DNA of 64,000 nt, taken from positions 320,001 through 384,000 of the forward strand of contig JANRKS010000007.1 of assembly GCA_033763315.1 (NCBI GenBank), written 5' to 3'. The DNA is from Deltaproteobacteria bacterium. Lineage in GTDB: Bacteria; Myxococcota_A; Polyangia; Fen-1088. The notes beneath the pieces are model-generated. The model was not told the DNA's origin. It was given only the letters and a program-made list of their open reading frames with translations, and made no database searches. Positions within the stretch are counted from its first letter, which is position 1. The number at the start of each line of letters is the position of its first letter. Made by a program: the position numbers and the translations under genes. Positions 1 to 10,470 of this stretch are shown here, piece by piece.

Positions 1-2199
1 CGTTGCCATGTCGCCGCCATGGCCAACCCACACAGGCCGCATGTCCAAAAATCCACCCGTCCACGTGTACATCAGCTTGCACACCTCGGCATCGAACGCG
101 TAGGCGCCATTCTTGAAGCCCACCGCCAACGTGCGCGGACCAGAGCCTTCCAAGAACGTGCGAACCACCACCGGCTTGTCGTGCAAGGGATAAGGCATGG
201 TTGCCGCAGAAAGATCAACGCCGTCGGGGGCCGGCATCTTCTTTCCCAAAGTCAGCGCCGTCCAAATGGCGTTGATGCGCGCGCTGGCGAAGCTTTCATC
301 CACGCCACTGAAGAACGCCGGCATCTGCGTACCCGGCGCCAAGCGCAGGGGATCGGAAAGCCATCGTTTGAACCACGTGGGTCGCAAGCGTTCGGCAGCC
401 GTGGAAAGATCGGGGGCCGGCGTGGCTGATTTTGGATCGAAGGTGGCATAGCGATGACACGTCACGCACGACATGCCGCCCTCGCCCTTGCCTAGGTATT
501 GCACACCCTCTTGCACCGCGCGTGATCCGGGTTCGGCGAGCGGTATCACCTTCGGCAGCGTTGTGGGCTCACCAGCCGCAGCGGCGAACAGCGCGCCCAA
601 CGCGTCGGCCCTGTGAAAGCGAGGCATGCGCACCCCGTACCAAGGGCGAAGGCGCGAGGCGCCCGACAGTTGCCGAGCGATCCAGTCGGGCCGAAGCTTG
701 TTTCCCACGTCGCGCAGGGATGGCGGAATTTCAGGCAACGTAGAGTGCGCAGGCACATCTGTCTCGTGGCAGTTGCGACACCCGCGTGAATCAAGCGTGC
801 GTGCGAGCTCCCAAAGCGGTGAAGGTGCCACTTCCTTTTCTTGCAGGTACGCCACCAGCGCTTCCCACTGACGATCGCTCAACTCATAGTCCGCGTAACG
901 ATGCTGGGCGCTTTGCGAAAGGCAGCCCTTGCGTTGCGCCGGCAAGCGCTCGAAAGGGGACGCTTGCAGCGCGGTGAACACCTGCAGGCCAGCGAGGTCA
1001 ATGCTGTGGCACCCAAGGCATCCCCGCGTCTCAACCAGGGAACGCCCGCGGGCCACGTCACCACCGCTGGGTGGTGGCACCTCAAGCGCGGGTTTGCGGT
1101 TGGTCAGCAACCATCGCGCCAGCAGCTTGCCTTCATCCCCTCGCAACATGCCTGGCATACGCCCGGAGTGATCGAAGTTGTCCGGCCTCATCATGTATTC
1201 AATGAGCGCGTACGGCTCGTATTTGGAGCCCACCGCCGCCAATGAAACTTTGTTGGCTTCGTTGCCGTGACAGGCGGAGCAACCAATGGAATTGTACAGC
1301 GTCTCAGCTGCGAGTTTTTCTTCTGGCAAAAGCGGCGGCTCGGCCCACGGCGGGTGATCGCCCGATGTGTTCGCGCCCACTTCCTGCAGCGAATTGAGAA
1401 AGGCGGCCACATCGGCCACTTCGGTTTTTGTGTGCAACACCTTCGGCATTTTCGTGTTGGCGCGGTGGCTGCGAGGATCTTGCAAGAATGCATAAACCCA
1501 GGCGGGAGACAAGCGGCGGCCCACGCGGCTTAGGCCCGGTCCACGTCCACGCCTCGTGATGTGATAAAAATTATCCACGTGCGGATCATCGCCTGCACGC
1601 TGATGGCAACCGCGGCAACCAAGCTCATCGTAAAGCGCGCGGCCTTCATCCACCGTTTGCCAACGCTCGCCTTCAGATGACCAATCATGCGGCGTGAAAA
1701 CCGATGCGGGCATAGGCTCGGACACGAAGGCCTCTCCAGACCAACGCAGCTGCAATCGAACGGGGCCCGGCTTTCGTTTGTATGACAGCGAAAACGGGTG
1801 AGGCCCCTGCGACAAAGTTGTGACCTGCCCCCAAACCATAGGCTTGCCGTCAATCTTCGCCTCGGCGATCACATCGGCCGGTTCAACAGAGAAGTTGTAT
1901 GCCCCAGCCTCAGGGACGTTTAGTTGCGCCGTCCAAACCGCCGTGAAGTCTGGAGCCACACCGGGATGCAGCGATTCACCTGCGCCTAACGTGAAGTGCG
2001 GTGTCGCTGTTGTTGTTTGAACGTGGTGCTTGTCATCTGACAACTGCAGCACGAGCCCCATCGTGCGGGGCGCCTGCGACCGAGCAGCCACCGGTAGGGC
2101 GAGCGGCGCGTTCGCAACCTGCGATGGCGTGCGCACGGCTGCGGGGTTACATGCACACAAAGCAAACAAGCCGGCAAGCCAGCCGCGCGATAAGCTCAT
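1..2199 (-). CDS. Multiheme c-type cytochrome lipoprotein with N-terminal PA14-like region (partial, 3' end outside window; absent from ORF track)
   Basis: ATG at 2199 overlaps the upstream stop (ATGA). Manual translation: MSLSRGWLAGLFALCAC (lipobox), then PDFTAVWTAQLNVPEAGAYNFSV (PA14-like). In-frame CxxCH motifs: CRGCH 1603-1617, CSACH 1267-1281, CLGCH 1006-1020, CRNCH 766-780, CVTCH 454-468. Distal-Met motifs NTKMP and GTQMP. The segments I translated stay in this frame to the window edge. Confidence 0.9.
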   Translation of the reverse strand, partial: MSLSRGWLAGLFALCACNPAAVRTPSQVANAPLALPVAARSQAPRTMGLVLQLSDDKHHVQTTTATPHFTLGAGESLHPGVAPDFTAVWTAQLNVPEAGAYNFSVEPADVIAEAKIDGKPMVWGQVTTLSQGPHPFSLSYKRKPGPVRLQLRWSGEAFVSEPMPASVFTPHDWSSEGERWQTVDEGRALYDELGCRGCHQRAGDDPHVDNFYHITRRGRGPGLSRVGRRLSPAWVYAFLQDPRSHRANTKMPKVLHTKTEVADVAAFLNSLQEVGANTSGDHPPWAEPPLLPEEKLAAETLYNSIGCSACHGNEANKVSLAAVGSKYEPYALIEYMMRPDNFDHSGRMPGMLRGDEGKLLARWLLTNRKPALEVPPPSGGDVARGRSLVETRGCLGCHSIDLAGLQVFTALQASPFERLPAQRKGCLSQSAQHRYADYELSDRQWEALVAYLQEKEVAPSPLWELARTLDSRGCRNCHETDVPAHSTLPEIPPSLRDVGNKLRPDWIARQLSGASRLRPWYGVRMPRFHRADALGALFAAAAGEPTTLPKVIPLAEPGSRAVQEGVQYLGKGEGGMSCVTCHRYATFDPKSATPAPDLSTAAERLRPTWFKRWLSDPLRLAPGTQMPAFFSGVDESFASARINAIWTALTLGKKMPAPDGVDLSAATMPYPLHDKPVVVRTFLEGSGPRTLAVGFKNGAYAFDAEVCKLMYTWTGGFLDMRPVWVGHGGDMAT

Positions 2200-3767
2200 G
2201 GCGCGGCTCCCGTAACCGCGACCCGCGGCACTTGTGTGAGCGTGTAATAGGCTTCGTCGTGCAACAAGGCCGCGCCACCCTCATTCGTGATGCCGCGCAG
2301 TTTGAAAGTGTAAACGCGAGACGCGTCCATCGTAGGCAAGCGGAGGCGTATTGCTTTGCCACCGTCCTCCCAGGTTGCCGACGTGGGCACAACGTTCGTG
2401 ACATCCACGTGCGGCGAACCATAGTTGCGCCAATAGCGATAAGTATGGTGGGTGATGGTCACAACGTTTTTCGGATCTGCCGCGCGCGCGGCCTCCGTGA
2501 ATCTGATGAGAAAGCCATCCGGTTGTGCGTCGATGGCCAACATCTCGAAGGGTATCTTGCCGGTGAACCGCACCGTTTCAAGTGCGTAAGGTTTGCCACC
2601 AATGGCCCCCCAACCACGATCGGTGCCGCCGACGTAAAGCGCGTTGTCAGGCCCCATCGCCATGCGCGTGATGCCCGAGCTAAGACCGCTGCGGAAGGCG
2701 AACGCAGCGCCTTGGTATTCACCGTTCACTTTCTCAAGCGCGATTCGCATGATGGCGCTATTGGTTTGATCACCCACGAACATTTGGCCCGCGAAGGGAC
2801 CGAACTTGCCGTGGGTTGTGTCCCAAACAGGCTCGGTCGGCGAGTGGCCAAGCGTGCCGTACACAAACCACAAAGCAGGCAAGGTTCGACGCTGCTCAAG
2901 GGTTGCGGGCGGCAGCTCATAACTATCCTTGGGGCCAGCGTAACCCGCCTCCCAGCGCAGACCCGCGGGGTTGCCGTAAAAGTGCCCCGGCCGCACGTGC
3001 AGCAAGGGTGATGTGGGCCACCAATCGCCTTGGTTGTCTGTTGCAAACAGATCGCCGTCGGGACTCAGACCAACGCCCGCGGGCGATCGAAAGCCCGATG
3101 CCAAAGGCACAAACTTGCCTTCGGGTGTCACCTTATAAGCCCAGCCTCGGTAAGGCACGGAGCTATCAGCGTGTTGGGTCCAGCCCACGTTCAGCGTGCC
3201 ATAAAGGTTGCCCGCCTTATCCATCACGGGGCCATAGTGGTATTCGTGAAAGTTTCCTGACACGCCGAAGGCCGCGGTCACCGTTGTGAATTCATCCGCG
3301 ATGCCGTCGTTGTTGGTGTCTTTAAGCCGCGTCAGTTCAGGACGTTGGGCCACGATCGCTTCGCGCGTTGACACCACGTGAATGCCAAGCGGCTCATGCA
3401 GCCCCTCGGCAAACAACGACCACGCAAACTCGGGCTTCGCAGCACCTGTGGTACGCGGGTTTCGTGTGATCACCCGCCTGCGCACCCAGACCTCGCCTCG
3501 GCGGGTGCACACGAACAGACTTCCGTCGGGCGCAAACCCAAGCCCTCCCACCTCCAGTTGCGCGTTGGCGGGACCTGGCACGCTCGCGATGGCGTAGGAA
3601 TCGCTTTCCTTCGGCGCTTGTTCCTGCGCAAAAGCAAAAGGCGCGGCCAACGCCACGCCTAAGACCGAGAGACCCAAAGAGCATCGCACCCGCGCAGCGT
3701 ATCTTGGCGCCGATCGAGCGGCCATATGACAGATGCCCGAGGAGCGCGCTTTCGCAGCCTCACGCAT
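2196..3767 (-). CDS. Secreted glucose/sorbosone-dehydrogenase-like beta-propeller protein
   Basis: Signal peptide ending AFA|QEQ. Propeller motifs GLHEPLG, EYHYGP, SGFRSPAG, DNQGDW, FGPFAGQMFVGD. Start uncertain (ATG 3767 or 3725); the track's 3992 start overlaps the upstream gene. Confidence 0.8.
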   Translation of the reverse strand: MREAAKARSSGICHMAARSAPRYAARVRCSLGLSVLGVALAAPFAFAQEQAPKESDSYAIASVPGPANAQLEVGGLGFAPDGSLFVCTRRGEVWVRRRVITRNPRTTGAAKPEFAWSLFAEGLHEPLGIHVVSTREAIVAQRPELTRLKDTNNDGIADEFTTVTAAFGVSGNFHEYHYGPVMDKAGNLYGTLNVGWTQHADSSVPYRGWAYKVTPEGKFVPLASGFRSPAGVGLSPDGDLFATDNQGDWWPTSPLLHVRPGHFYGNPAGLRWEAGYAGPKDSYELPPATLEQRRTLPALWFVYGTLGHSPTEPVWDTTHGKFGPFAGQMFVGDQTNSAIMRIALEKVNGEYQGAAFAFRSGLSSGITRMAMGPDNALYVGGTDRGWGAIGGKPYALETVRFTGKIPFEMLAIDAQPDGFLIRFTEAARAADPKNVVTITHHTYRYWRNYGSPHVDVTNVVPTSATWEDGGKAIRLRLPTMDASRVYTFKLRGITNEGGAALLHDEAYYTLTQVPRVAVTGAAP

Positions 3768-3805
3768 GACCGGCGCCACACGCGCGCCGGTGCGTGACAC
3801 ATTCT

Positions 3806-4930
3806 TTACTTGGGCACCGAAACCCAATTCTTCGATTCGGCCGCGGCTTCGATCGTTTCGAGGACAATCTGGTTGCGCAAACCGTCCTCGAAGTCTGGTT
3901 TTGGGCTTTTGTTTTCGGCTATGCCTTTGATCAAATCGGCGAATGTGTGCGTGAACGTGTGTTCGTAACCAATGATGTGCCCCGCGGGCCACCAGCGACC
4001 TGCGAAAGGATGCTTTTGATCCGTGACCATCACGGTGCGGAATCCGCTGTTAGGGCCTTCTTCTAAGTAAAGCTCAAGCTCGTTCATGCGTTCCATATCA
4101 AACGCAACGCTGCCCTTACTTCCGTTGATTTCGAAGCGGTTGTAGTTTTTGCGCCCCGTGGCGAAACGGCTACCCTCAAGCGAGCCGATGGCACCATTGG
4201 CAAAACGCACCAGCGAAAGCGCCGCATCATCAACGGTCACCGGCGCCATCTCGGTTGTGCCGGGCAGCGGCCGCTCCTTGATGAATGTTTTCATTAGGCT
4301 CGACACCTCGGTGATCTCGCCAACCAAGAAACGCGAAAGGTCCAGAGTGTGCGAAAGAATGTCACCGAGCGCGCCCGAGCCTGCCTGCTTTTTGTCCATG
4401 CGCCACAAGCGGGGCATCTGCGGATCCACCAACCAATCTTGCAGATAGGTGCCGCGGTAATGAAAGATCGAGCCCAATTGGCCTGATTCGATCAGTTGCT
4501 TGGCCAGCGTCACCGCTGGGGCGCGACGATAGTTGTGGCACACCATATTGATCACGCCCGCCGCCTTGACGGCATCCACCATTTGGCGTGCCTCAGCCAC
4601 TGTGTTGGCCAAGGGCTTTTCACACAAGACCACCTTGCCCGCCTTCGCGGCTGCAATCGCGATCTCGGCGTGGCTGTCTCCAGGCGTGCTGACGTCGATG
4701 ATGTCGATGTCCTTGCGGGCCACGACTTCGCGCCAGTCGGTGGCGTATTCTTGCCAACCCAACGTCTCTGCCGCCGCCTTTACGCTGGATTCTGTGCGTC
4801 CGCAAACAACTTTGAGCACAGGCTCAAACGCGGGATCCATAAAGTGCGACACCTGTCGCCAAGCGTTGCTGTGGGCGCGCCCCATGAACGCGTACCCGAT
4901 CATCGCCACATTGAGCTTCTTCTTCGACAT
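3806..4930 (-). CDS. Gfo/Idh/MocA family NAD(P)-dependent oxidoreductase
   Basis: [10 protein letters not shown] Rossmann start, [15 protein letters not shown] motifs. Confidence 0.95.
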   Translation of the reverse strand: MSKKKLNVAMIGYAFMGRAHSNAWRQVSHFMDPAFEPVLKVVCGRTESSVKAAAETLGWQEYATDWREVVARKDIDIIDVSTPGDSHAEIAIAAAKAGKVVLCEKPLANTVAEARQMVDAVKAAGVINMVCHNYRRAPAVTLAKQLIESGQLGSIFHYRGTYLQDWLVDPQMPRLWRMDKKQAGSGALGDILSHTLDLSRFLVGEITEVSSLMKTFIKERPLPGTTEMAPVTVDDAALSLVRFANGAIGSLEGSRFATGRKNYNRFEINGSKGSVAFDMERMNELELYLEEGPNSGFRTVMVTDQKHPFAGRWWPAGHIIGYEHTFTHTFADLIKGIAENKSPKPDFEDGLRNQIVLETIEAAAESKNWVSVPK

Positions 4931-4963
4931 AAAGCAATCTCCGAGGTGTTCTTAACGAGAGGC

Positions 4964-6223
4964 TTAGCTGCGGAAGGGCTGACGGCCCACGCCCTGCACG
5001 GGAATGCCTTGGCCGGCGAGCACTTCGTGCAAAGCAAACATGCACGCCGCCGCTTCATCGATCTTGCGCGTAAAAGCGATCGATCCCTTCAAGATGGGCG
5101 CAAGCTTGGCTTTGTCTTGAATGCGCGCTTTGGGATACTCGTGTTCGACGACGAGGTGCGTGTTGGCCACGTCTAGTTGCAAGAGTTCGCGTGCAGCCAA
5201 CTGGTGGTCCAACCAATCCACAGTGCGGTTCTGCAGATAAGCCAACGGATCGTGTTTGGCTGTGCCGGGCAGTTCGTGCTCGCACAGCACCACTTGTTTC
5301 TTCCACGCGTTCAATTGATCCACCGGATTCGCCGAGGGCTGGCCGTTGATCCAATCGCCACGCTCCACGGTTTGGCCGCCGTATCCCCAGGTGGCCACGC
5401 CCTTCGGATCGATGACTTGGCCCTTGACGTGGAACCCGCCAATCAAAAAGTTGTAACCATTGTCTTTGAGCGTTTGAAAGATCGACCGGGTGTCCTGCCC
5501 CATCAAGATCGCGTGCGAAGGGTCATAGTGAATGCGGAACTGATCGCCCACACCGTGCTTTTCACAGATGCGGTGAAGCGCCATCCATGTGCCAGGTGTA
5601 TACGCGATGTTGTTGTGGAAGTTATCGCCCGTGGTCCAACCGGGCATCGGGCATTGCTCCACGCGGTAGGTGAGGCCGCGCGCCTTTGCGGCCTTTAGCA
5701 GCGGCACAAATGTTTCTTCGAAGAACAACAAGTTGCCGTCCATGGAAAGCTTTTGGTTGCGGCCCACGAAGCCACAAACGGCGTCCACGCCCAACAACGC
5801 CGCCGCGTCGAACACGCGCAGCATGAAGTCGTGCTTCTTTTTGCGGACGTCGTTGTCGTCGGCCAGCATGTTATCGAAAAAGCCAAGGTCGGAAAAGCCA
5901 ACGCCTGTGCTCTTCACAGCGGCCAGCACGCGGGCGGCACGTGCTTTGTCGAATGGCTTGCGCAGATCCAGAGTGTTGGCCACCGGATCCAGCATCGCCT
6001 CGGGCGGTACATCCGTTTCGGTGGGATGCAACGCCGCCGAAAGCTGCACGTAGTCGCTGCCCACGTCCTTCGCGAAGTCCAGCCAATCCTCAATCGCGCG
6101 ATCTGGATCTTCATCACGCACGTTCCGGGGCGTCAGCTCCTGCAGAGCCGCGGTCAGAACGCCAATCTTCATGAACTTGGGATCAAAAGCCTTTACCGTC
6201 ATGGTCCCGCAAATCTCGGCCAT
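4964..6223 (-). CDS. Xylose-isomerase-like TIM-barrel protein (sugar phosphate isomerase/epimerase family)
   Basis: Metal-ligand motifs [24 protein letters not shown]. Confidence 0.88.
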   Translation of the reverse strand: MAEICGTMTVKAFDPKFMKIGVLTAALQELTPRNVRDEDPDRAIEDWLDFAKDVGSDYVQLSAALHPTETDVPPEAMLDPVANTLDLRKPFDKARAARVLAAVKSTGVGFSDLGFFDNMLADDNDVRKKKHDFMLRVFDAAALLGVDAVCGFVGRNQKLSMDGNLLFFEETFVPLLKAAKARGLTYRVEQCPMPGWTTGDNFHNNIAYTPGTWMALHRICEKHGVGDQFRIHYDPSHAILMGQDTRSIFQTLKDNGYNFLIGGFHVKGQVIDPKGVATWGYGGQTVERGDWINGQPSANPVDQLNAWKKQVVLCEHELPGTAKHDPLAYLQNRTVDWLDHQLAARELLQLDVANTHLVVEHEYPKARIQDKAKLAPILKGSIAFTRKIDEAAACMFALHEVLAGQGIPVQGVGRQPFRS

Positions 6224-6297
6224 GACACGTCCAAGGTCAAGACCAAGGCCCAGGTCCGCGCCTTTGTGGTGCGGGGCCGCACGTTTTGGATGAGCGC

Positions 6298-7137
6298 TTA
6301 GCGCCGGCGTTTGCGCGATTTCGGGGCAGGCTGGGCCTTTAGGGCCTCCACAACCTCACCCTCTTTGGGTACATGCAAATCCACGCGGGCCCGCAGGACG
6401 TGGCCGGCTTCACCACGCAGGCGCCAAGCGCGCATTTGTTCAAGCACACACATCGCGGCCTCGGGCTCAATGGCCGCGCCTGCCAAGAAGCCCACCGACC
6501 CCACCGCGCCGCTCGGTTCGATGTACAAGATGGCTTCCACCTGCTTTTGCGCAACGTCGGGGCAAGGGTGCATGGCCAGCATCAGCGGCAACACATCCGG
6601 AGGCACGCTGTCGGCGGGCCAATCGGCCAGCGCCATCTCGCGGGTCGACCGGAATTGCAAAGGGTATTCAAACTCCGTGGGTTTGCGTCCACGCGGGGCC
6701 GGGAACTTGATCGCGCGGGCTTCAACCACAAGACAGCGCTCGATGGCGAAATTGCCTAACGAATTCTCCACGAAGTGCACGTCAGTGACTTGCCCCTCGC
6801 CTGATATGAGGAACTTGAGCAACACCTGCCCCTCCACATACCTTTGCGCGTCGCCAGCACGTTCATAGCAGCGCGTGAACTTGCGGAAGTTCCGTTCAAG
6901 CACAGTTTCAACGTCTTCTGATTCAAGCACGCCCTGCTCTTGAACCACCGACAAGCTGTCTTTGGAATCGCCTTCGTCGTCGCCACCGATGCGGCGAGAT
7001 CCTGGCCGAAAGCCGCTGCTGCCGCTTGAGGGCGTGACGCTTTCGTCGTCCTTTTTTACCTTAGACGAAGAAGCGCAGCCTCCGAGCCACGCCACACCTA
7101 GAACTGCACACGCGACAACGAACTGCTTGGATGCCAT
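6298..7137 (-). CDS. Lipoprotein with AgmX/PglI (TonB C-terminal-like) domains
   Basis: Lipobox LGGC. Domain FTRCYE...[15 protein letters not shown]...ERCL...IKFPAPRG, followed by a second degenerate copy. Start ATG 7137 chosen. Confidence 0.75.
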   Translation of the reverse strand: MASKQFVVACAVLGVAWLGGCASSSKVKKDDESVTPSSGSSGFRPGSRRIGGDDEGDSKDSLSVVQEQGVLESEDVETVLERNFRKFTRCYERAGDAQRYVEGQVLLKFLISGEGQVTDVHFVENSLGNFAIERCLVVEARAIKFPAPRGRKPTEFEYPLQFRSTREMALADWPADSVPPDVLPLMLAMHPCPDVAQKQVEAILYIEPSGAVGSVGFLAGAAIEPEAAMCVLEQMRAWRLRGEAGHVLRARVDLHVPKEGEVVEALKAQPAPKSRKRRR

Positions 7138-7260
7138 GCGAGGCCTGGCAGCATAACCAAAGCGGAACGTTTTAAGCAATCTGCAAATCAGACTCGAACC
7201 ATCTGCCGGCGCGATCGGTACAGCGCTGTAGGCAACTGTGCAGAACGCACAGGAGACCGG

Positions 7261-7701
7261 CTAATAGGCCGGCCTGAATAGATACTCGTATTGCATTTCG
7301 CCGCCTTGATCCACGGCCGGGAACTCGAACTCGCCGATGCGTTCGATCAGACACTGCTCCACCTCAGGGCTCTTGAGGGTGGTTTTGCTCACGCGCACCT
7401 GCGGCTTGGCGCCACCGGGGGCGAGGCGAATGATCACGGCAACCGTGCCTTGAAAGCCGCGATCGTTCTTCTCGTTAAGCACATCTTGGTAGCACTTACG
7501 CGCGGTGGGTTCGCGTTGCTGCAGCATCATCATGATGTCGCTTTGCTTATCGATCGGTATGCCCTCTTGGGCCACGCGCCCCGGTTCGTTCTTGACGATC
7601 GTGTAGCGTGGTTCGCTTGGACCCGCGCTGTCGGAGGTGGCGCACGCGCCTAAAGCCAAAGCCGCAAAACAACCTAACGCGCGCCAAAAGTGTGTAAGCA
7701 T
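7261..7701 (-). CDS. Lipoprotein with AgmX/PglI (TonB C-terminal-like) domain
   Basis: Lipobox LGAC; RKCYQDVL...GTVAVIIRL...EQCL...FEFP...YEYLF. Confidence 0.78.
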   Translation of the reverse strand: MLTHFWRALGCFAALALGACATSDSAGPSEPRYTIVKNEPGRVAQEGIPIDKQSDIMMMLQQREPTARKCYQDVLNEKNDRGFQGTVAVIIRLAPGGAKPQVRVSKTTLKSPEVEQCLIERIGEFEFPAVDQGGEMQYEYLFRPAY

Positions 7702-7765
7702 CAAAGCGTTACCTCCCGCGAAGTCTTATCGCCCTTTGTGGAAGGACACAAGCGCGCGCTGCAAT

Positions 7766-8908
7766 TCAGTCCTTGAGCACGGAGGCCGCGATCACCAGGC
7801 GCTGAATTTCGCTGGTGCCTTCGTAAATCTCCGTGATCTTGGCGTCACGGAAGTGCCGTTCAACGGGGAAATCAGCCAAGTAGCCATACCCTCCAAACAC
7901 CTGCACCGCTTCTTTGGCCACGCGGTTTGCGACTTCGGCCGCAAAGACTTTGGCCATGGCGGCTTCTTTGCTGAATTTGCCGCCCTCGTCTTTGACGGTG
8001 GCCGCGCGCCACAGCAACATGCGCGCCGCATCAATGTCCGTGGACATGTCAGCGAGCTTGAACTGAATCGCCTGATGCTCAGCGATGGGCTTGCCGAACG
8101 TTTTGCGTTCCACGGCGTACTTGGTGGCCGCCTCGAATGCCGCTTGGGCAATGCCCACCGCCTGCGCGGCGATGCCAATGCGGCCGCCGTCCAAAGTTGA
8201 CATGGCGATCTTGAAGCCATCGCCTGGCGCGCCCAACATGGCGGAGGCCGGCAGCCGGCAGTCATCGAAGAACACCTGCGACGAATGGGCGCCGCGAATG
8301 CCCATCTTGTCGTCGGGCGGCCCCACGGTGACACCCTTGGCGTTCGTCGGAACCAAGAACGCGGAGATCCCATGATGTTTTTTCGCGGCGTCCGTGGTGG
8401 CAAACACCAACACCACGTCTGCCTTTGGTGCATTCGTGATGAAATTCTTCGTGCCGCTTAGGACCCAGGTGTCGCCGTCTAAACGCGCGGACGTTTTTTG
8501 CGCAGCCGCGTCCGAGCCCGCTTCGGGTTCTGACAGCGCATAGCAACCCAACTTCTTGCCGGTCGCCAGCGGCACAAGCCATTCGGCCTTTTGCGCGTCG
8601 GTGCCGTATTTCACCAGCGGATCGCACACCAGCGAGTTGTTGACGGACATGATCACGCCCGTGGACGCGCACGCCTTGCAGATCTCTTCGAGTGCCAGAA
8701 CGTAGCTGACGGCATCCATGCCAGCGCCACCCCAGGCTTCGGGCACCGCGACGCCCATAAGACCCAGATCGCCCATCTTCGCAATGAGATCGCTTGGGAA
8801 GCGATGCTCTTTATCGATGCGCGCCGCTTGTGGCGCCACTTCCTTTTGCGCGAAATCGCGAGCGGTGTCGCGAATCAACTTTTGCTCGGGCGTAAGCTCC
8901 AGATCCAC
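7766..8908 (-). CDS. Acyl-CoA dehydrogenase (short-chain/butyryl-CoA type)
   Basis: YALSEPEAGSD, GTKNFITN, QVFGGYGY, EIYEGTSEIQR. Confidence 0.97.
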   Translation of the reverse strand: MDLELTPEQKLIRDTARDFAQKEVAPQAARIDKEHRFPSDLIAKMGDLGLMGVAVPEAWGGAGMDAVSYVLALEEICKACASTGVIMSVNNSLVCDPLVKYGTDAQKAEWLVPLATGKKLGCYALSEPEAGSDAAAQKTSARLDGDTWVLSGTKNFITNAPKADVVLVFATTDAAKKHHGISAFLVPTNAKGVTVGPPDDKMGIRGAHSSQVFFDDCRLPASAMLGAPGDGFKIAMSTLDGGRIGIAAQAVGIAQAAFEAATKYAVERKTFGKPIAEHQAIQFKLADMSTDIDAARMLLWRAATVKDEGGKFSKEAAMAKVFAAEVANRVAKEAVQVFGGYGYLADFPVERHFRDAKITEIYEGTSEIQRLVIAASVLKD

Positions 8909-8988
8909 GTGTAGATCCTACCACGACGCGGCGCCAACGTCGTGGGCGGCCGCTATGTTAAGGGCCACCCACGCCGCAGACCAGACGC

Positions 8989-9747
8989 TTACAACGCGCG
9001 AATTTTCACGTTGCGGAACCACACGTGGTTGCCGTGGTCTTGCAACACGATGCGCCCGGTTTTGCGCAAGCCATAGTCGGGCATGCCCGAGAACTTGCTG
9101 GCCGCCACTTGAGCCTTCCAGCCATCGCTCCACAACGTATATGACACCACCTTCTTGCCGTTGAGCCAATGATCCACGTGATCGCCTTTCACAACCAGCT
9201 TGGCGGTGTTCCATTGACCCACGGGGTTCAAGGTCTTGCCCTCGGGCGGATCAAGCGCGTAGTTGGCGCCCGCCGATGTTTTGGGGTTCTTCCCGTCGCC
9301 GTGGCGCTCGTCATCGAGGATCTGCATCTCGGGCCCGGTCTCCCACGGAAACTTGTGGTCTTCCGTGACATGAAAGAACACGCCGCTGTTGCCGCCTTCG
9401 GAGATCTTCCAGTCCAACGACAGTTCAAAGCTGGCGTAGTCGTCGTCAGTGACGAGGTCGGCGCCCTTTTCGGCCCACGCGATCGTACCGTCTTCGACCT
9501 TCCACTGGGTCACGGGAGTTCCGGCGTTGTTGTAAGGATGCCAGCCGGTGAGGGTCTGGCCGTCGAACAACAGCTTCCAGCCTTCGGCACTCTCAGACGC
9601 ACTGAGGGTGTTGGGACCTGTCGGTTCAGCGGCTGGCGTGGCCACAGACGCCACCGGGCCGGGGGTGGGCTTTTGGCAACCAGCCGCACCCGCCAAAAAC
9701 ATCATCACGGACGCCGAAAGTCCGAATCCTACCAAACACTGACGCAT
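8989..9747 (-). CDS. DUF1080 (3-keto-disaccharide hydrolase/hydratase) family lipoprotein
   Basis: Lipobox AAGC; WKLLFDG, GGNSGV, GPEMQILDD, LQDHG, WFRNVKIR; RBS AGGAG. Confidence 0.93.
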   Translation of the reverse strand: MRQCLVGFGLSASVMMFLAGAAGCQKPTPGPVASVATPAAEPTGPNTLSASESAEGWKLLFDGQTLTGWHPYNNAGTPVTQWKVEDGTIAWAEKGADLVTDDDYASFELSLDWKISEGGNSGVFFHVTEDHKFPWETGPEMQILDDERHGDGKNPKTSAGANYALDPPEGKTLNPVGQWNTAKLVVKGDHVDHWLNGKKVVSYTLWSDGWKAQVAASKFSGMPDYGLRKTGRIVLQDHGNHVWFRNVKIRAL

Positions 9748-9914
9748 TGCTTTCTCCTGTGAAGTGGTGCAGCCGGATCGCCCGGTTCTGCGGCAAGGGC
9801 GGATACTTCCGCGAATCGTGTCGCGTCGTCAACGGCAGGCCGTGACGTAGATGGCTAGGATTGCGTGCGATTGGCAAGTTGCTACAAAGCGCTCGCCCTG
9901 ACATCTTTTGCATA

Positions 9915-10448
9915 ATGGCCATTCGCCCCATCCTCCGCTTCCCCGACCCCAAGCTTCGGGAAACCTCGCTGCCCGTGACGGCTTTTGGCGAGGCCTTGGC
10001 GCCTTTGATCGCTGACATGACCGAGACCATGCTCGATTCCGAGGGCGCTGGCTTGGCGGCGATTCAAGTGGGCGTTCCCTTGCGCTTGTTCATCGTGGAT
10101 GGGCACGTCGCAGGCGGCCCCGAAGACGCGCCTCCGCTCGTGTTCGCCAACCCCGAGATCTTGTCCATTTCGGACGAAGCGCAAACGGGTGACGAAGGCT
10201 GCTTGTCGTTCCCAGGCGTGTTCGTGCCCGTCAAACGCGGCATGAAAGCCACGATTCGCGCACAAAACGCGGCAGGCGAACCGTTTGAAATGGAGGGCGT
10301 CGAAATCGTCGCGCGCGCTTTCCAGCACGAAACGGATCATCTTAACGGTCGACTGCTCATTGATATGGTTGGTCCCGTCAAGCGCGAGATCATCAAGCGC
10401 AAGATGCGCAAAGAAGCCGCGTTGGCGGCGGCCGAAGCGGCTGAATGA
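9915..10448 (+). CDS. def: Peptide deformylase
   Basis: GAGLAAIQVG, EGCLS, QHETDHLNG motifs; ATG 9915. Confidence 0.97.
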   Translation: MAIRPILRFPDPKLRETSLPVTAFGEALAPLIADMTETMLDSEGAGLAAIQVGVPLRLFIVDGHVAGGPEDAPPLVFANPEILSISDEAQTGDEGCLSFPGVFVPVKRGMKATIRAQNAAGEPFEMEGVEIVARAFQHETDHLNGRLLIDMVGPVKREIIKRKMRKEAALAAAEAAE

Positions 10449-10470
10449 ATCGAGTCAACCGGAACATTTT

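Noticed and set aside
2001-3011. Long alternative ORFs (2001-3011 +, 39337-40356 +, 35743-36582 +, 44467-45312 -, others)
   Set aside because: Antisense shadows of well-supported genes in high-GC DNA, with no motifs.
7219-7230. Palindrome TACAGCGCTGTA between the two TonB-C-like genes
   Set aside because: A 12-bp palindrome is expected by chance in 64 kb and no second copy was noticed.
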